A stretch of DNA of 19,493 nt, taken from the IMG/VR virus record IMGVR_UViG_3300028048_000050, positions 1 through 19,493 of that record. One strand, given 5' to 3'. The notes beneath the pieces were generated by a model. That model worked only from the letters and a program-made list of their open reading frames with translations. It was not told the origin of the DNA and ran no database searches. Below are positions 16,776 to 19,493 of the stretch, in pieces (the stretch's first letter is position 1; each line of letters opens with the position of its first letter). The position numbers and the translations under genes were made by a program. This stretch comes from a virus (Duplodnaviria; Heunggongvirae; Uroviricota; Caudoviricetes).

Positions 16776-16981
16776 TTTATAACATGAACTATAGACCAAA
16801 ATATATGTCTTTCAATATATTGACCTCTTGGTATTTCATCTTCTGCAAAAGAGGCTGTAATATCAAATATATTTAATTTATTACCAGACCAAATGTCTGG
16901 CATACCTCCACATTTCATAAGTTTTGGAGGTTCTGCAAATACATGAGAACCAGTCCAATCTTTAGCTAAATATACTTTCAT
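16772..16981 (-). CDS. Hypothetical protein (69 aa)
   Basis: ATGA-coupled at both ends. Confidence 0.7.
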   Translation of the reverse strand: MKVYLAKDWTGSHVFAEPPKLMKCGGMPDIWSGNKLNIFDITASFAEDEIPRGQYIERHIFWSIVHVIK

Positions 16982-17979
16982 TTTAATTTATACTCTTTAA
17001 AAAAATCATCAACATACTCTTTCATATTATCTACTCCTACTAATTTAATAGAATCAGTAAAATCTTTAGATAAATAGAAAGGTAAATAAAAATAATTTAA
17101 TTCTGGATGTTGCTTACGAATAAGCCACATATTATGTTTTCCAGGTCTATCATTATCATATAATACTAATATATGTTTAAACCTTTGTTTGAACTCTTCT
17201 AGTTTCTTATCTTCAATAAATAAAGTTTCACTATTAGGACTTACCGCTGCTATTCCAAAACCATAAAGAGCTACTACATCTTTCATAGATTTTGTAATAA
17301 CTAACAAATCCCCAGTCTTTGGTAATTGATGATAACCTTGAAGAACTTTTTTAGAAAGATTATTTAAAAATCTATATTCTGTTTTTAGAGGAAAATATAT
17401 TTTCCATTTTTCAATACCATTTTTATCTTTACCAAAATAATATCCATAAATAGGACTTTTTTCATCAGAAGTAAATTTCAATGCTCCGTTAAGAAAAACG
17501 TGTTGTAAAGAATATATATGATACTTTTTTAGTAGCTTTTTAGAAATACCAAAAGATTTCCACCATTCTAATTCTTGTTCTGTATAATCCTTTATTTGAA
17601 CCTGTATTCTAGTTTTCTCAGTTTCTTTTAAGGGCTGAACAAGTTTTGGTGCTTCTTTCAAATTACTATTAGAACCTCCAATTAATCTAAAATCTCTAGC
17701 TATTATTTGTAATGCTTCATAATAGTTTACACCATATTTCTTCATTACTACCTGAAAACAATTTATGTGTTCATTGGTAGCAAAATCATGTAAATATAAT
17801 ATATTAGATTTAGATTTATATAAGGCACAAGTAACTTTATGATCATTTCTAAATGGAGATAGATGTAACTTTTTGCTAGTTACATCTATTCCAGTATAGA
17901 ATTGCATTATAGATTCCTGATTTATTTTAGAAAATATAAATTCCTTAGTTATTTCTGGTTCTAATGCTGAAAAATACAT
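16978..17979 (-). CDS. DNA primase (TOPRIM, DnaG-like)
   Basis: N-terminal SPFRND...LHDF domain; TOPRIM VITKSMKDV and LYDND (DxD); start may be 17979 or 18006. Confidence 0.85.
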   Translation of the reverse strand: MYFSALEPEITKEFIFSKINQESIMQFYTGIDVTSKKLHLSPFRNDHKVTCALYKSKSNILYLHDFATNEHINCFQVVMKKYGVNYYEALQIIARDFRLIGGSNSNLKEAPKLVQPLKETEKTRIQVQIKDYTEQELEWWKSFGISKKLLKKYHIYSLQHVFLNGALKFTSDEKSPIYGYYFGKDKNGIEKWKIYFPLKTEYRFLNNLSKKVLQGYHQLPKTGDLLVITKSMKDVVALYGFGIAAVSPNSETLFIEDKKLEEFKQRFKHILVLYDNDRPGKHNMWLIRKQHPELNYFYLPFYLSKDFTDSIKLVGVDNMKEYVDDFFKEYKLK

Positions 17980-18023
17980 AATTGATAATTTAAATTTTCT
18001 AAACAAGAATCTTATAATCTATA

Positions 18024-18737
18024 TTATTCGTCTAAATCAATGTCTAAATCAACTTCAGCATCGGCAGTATCAGGATTATCATCGTTATTATCCTTCATAG
18101 CTGTAGGCTTAGCCTCTTGATACTTCTTCATTTGAGTTAACTCATAATTACTCCAATTAAGAAGTTTCTTATCAAGAGAAACAAAGTTCAAAGCAGAAGG
18201 CTTTGTATCTGGTTTAGCGTCCTTACCTAATACACAAGAACTAGGAAGGGTTGAGAATGTCTGGTTATTTGTAGTACGACCAACAAGCTTTAGGAAGAAC
18301 TTAACATCAGTCTTTCCAGAAAGAGCTTTGATGATAAGATCTACAAACTGCTCCATACTCTTTAACTTAGAAGCATTCTCTTTAATCTTAGCAGCACCCT
18401 TAGGATTAACTACTTCAGTTAACTGCATAAGGGTATACTGGAATTGCTCGAAAGCAGAAGGATACTTAGCTCCACTGGTTTCATTAGTTCTTCTCTCGAA
18501 ATCAGAATCTTTAGTAGGAATAAACAGATTATGATTATATACACCTGTTTGATCTCCACAACCTGTAAATTCAATAGCAATTACAGGATATTCTGTGCCA
18601 TCCTTACCTTTCAAAGAAGTTTGTTCAATCTTTGTAAGATTTACCTCATAAATATCATAAGGACGAAGGTACTGAGGACCATTGTTTGTGAAAGAAGTTT
18701 CATTTAAACCATTAAAACTAAAATTTGCCATATTCAT
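18024..18737 (-). CDS. Putative single-stranded DNA-binding protein
   Basis: Between the AAA ATPase and primase; beta-rich N-terminus; acidic tail DADAEVDLDIDLDE-like (ADAEVDLDIDLDE); high-expression codon bias. Confidence 0.6.
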   Translation of the reverse strand: MNMANFSFNGLNETSFTNNGPQYLRPYDIYEVNLTKIEQTSLKGKDGTEYPVIAIEFTGCGDQTGVYNHNLFIPTKDSDFERRTNETSGAKYPSAFEQFQYTLMQLTEVVNPKGAAKIKENASKLKSMEQFVDLIIKALSGKTDVKFFLKLVGRTTNNQTFSTLPSSCVLGKDAKPDTKPSALNFVSLDKKLLNWSNYELTQMKKYQEAKPTAMKDNNDDNPDTADAEVDLDIDLDE

Positions 18738-18789
18738 TAATACATTTTAAAATTTAGTACATTATATAGTACCATCATAAGTATCTATA

Positions 18790-19365
18790 TTAGTCGTCAA
18801 TATCGAGATCAAAACTAATATCTGCTGCTTCTACTCCATCTTCATCAACATCTAAATCTTCATCAGAAGGATTAGCTATTTCATCAGGAATATCTACAGT
18901 ATCGTCTTCTTTTTCAGGAGCATCACCTACAAGCTTAAACCAACCATCCTTACCTTCATAAGGAACTACATCAAATACAGTTCCATATTCAGCAAGATTA
19001 TCGTGTTTAGAACCTCTACAACTAATAGTATTAGTCTTAGTTAATCTATTACCTTTAGATAAATCTTCAAGCAGAATAGGAGTTATTTTCTTACCTTCTT
19101 TGTTGAAACGAATATCAATCTTCATTTCAGCTTCCCATCCAGTTAATTCCATTGCAGCATTATTCAACTGAATCTTACCCTCTAATAAAGTTGCTTTAGG
19201 ATTAGGATCTCCATCATCCTTTGGTTTACGTGTTCTTGTAGTAGTAGAAGCAGATTTCTTAACTTCCTTAAAATCTCCTAGAGTAGCCTCTCTAGTAATA
19301 ATTTCTCCTGTCTCTTTATCAACAATAGACAGAATAAGTTTAGCTGATTGAATTTCTAATTCCAT
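18790..19365 (-). CDS. Replication-module protein with SSB-like acidic tail (191 aa)
   Basis: Intact ORF ending DEDGVEAADISFDLDIDD; TAATG-coupled to the ATPase. Confidence 0.7.
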   Translation of the reverse strand: MELEIQSAKLILSIVDKETGEIITREATLGDFKEVKKSASTTTRTRKPKDDGDPNPKATLLEGKIQLNNAAMELTGWEAEMKIDIRFNKEGKKITPILLEDLSKGNRLTKTNTISCRGSKHDNLAEYGTVFDVVPYEGKDGWFKLVGDAPEKEDDTVDIPDEIANPSDEDLDVDEDGVEAADISFDLDIDD

Positions 19366-19493
19366 TATAATTCTTCTTCCTCTTCACCATTATATTCTCT
19401 AATGACTTTAAGAATTTCATTTAAGTCATTATCAATTTCCATATCTTTAAACATATCCATAGGAGTTTTAGCAAGACACTTACCATCATTATT
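19365..19493 (-). CDS. C-terminal end of AAA_24/Sak4-like ATPase, partial
   Basis: NNDGKCLAKTPMDMFKDMEIDNDLNEILKVIREYNGEEEEEL*; AKTP..MF....IDNDL is the typical C-terminal signature as I recall it. Confidence 0.7.
   Translation of the reverse strand, partial: NNDGKCLAKTPMDMFKDMEIDNDLNEILKVIREYNGEEEEEL

Noticed and set aside
2347-18707. Six plus-strand ORFs in the track (2347-2559, 5162-5365, 6302-6508, 9008-9244, 18328-18534, 18444-18707)
   Set aside because: All lie antisense inside well-supported minus-strand genes, have no motifs, and look like shadow frames.
240-19365. TGA-to-Trp recoding (code 4)
   Set aside because: TGA ends 14 genes, mostly in ATGA overlaps with the next start, and Trp is encoded by TGG.
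1-19493. CRISPR array, tandem repeats, integrase or transposase
   Set aside because: No regularly spaced repeats or recombinase motifs seen.

Overview
AT-rich bacteriophage DNA with about 36 tightly packed genes, all on the minus strand and mostly joined by ATGA/TAATG overlaps. Gene content and order look like the replication and nucleotide-metabolism arm of a crAss-like (Crassvirales) Bacteroidota phage; this is recognition, not a database result. In transcription order (right to left) the genes are: AAA_24/Sak4-like ATPase end, acidic-tailed protein, putative SSB, TOPRIM primase, Holliday-junction resolvase, lipoprotein, papain-like peptidase, HAD nucleotidase, PD-(D/E)XK exonuclease, metallophosphoesterase, DUF932-like protein, ADP-ribosylglycohydrolase, nrdD, FTR-like protein, nrdG, second phosphoesterase, dUTPase and ATP-dependent DNA ligase. 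Main result: the genome appears to read TAG as an amino acid (probably Gln, code 15). None of the 35 gene ends I checked uses TAG (21 TAA, 14 TGA). Three apparent gaps in the ORF track become intact genes when TAG is read through, and two of them are overlap-coupled at both ends. They are a ferredoxin:thioredoxin-reductase-like Fe-S protein between nrdD and nrdG (4911-5108, 1 TAG), a 100-aa lipoprotein (15798-16100, 5 TAG) and the N-terminus of the resolvase (start 16645, 1 TAG). The other genes have no in-frame TAG, so amber codons may gate a few genes inside an otherwise host-translatable operon. NrdD has signatures of the redoxin-dependent class III type, which with the FTR-like gene suggests ferredoxin-powered anaerobic dNTP synthesis.
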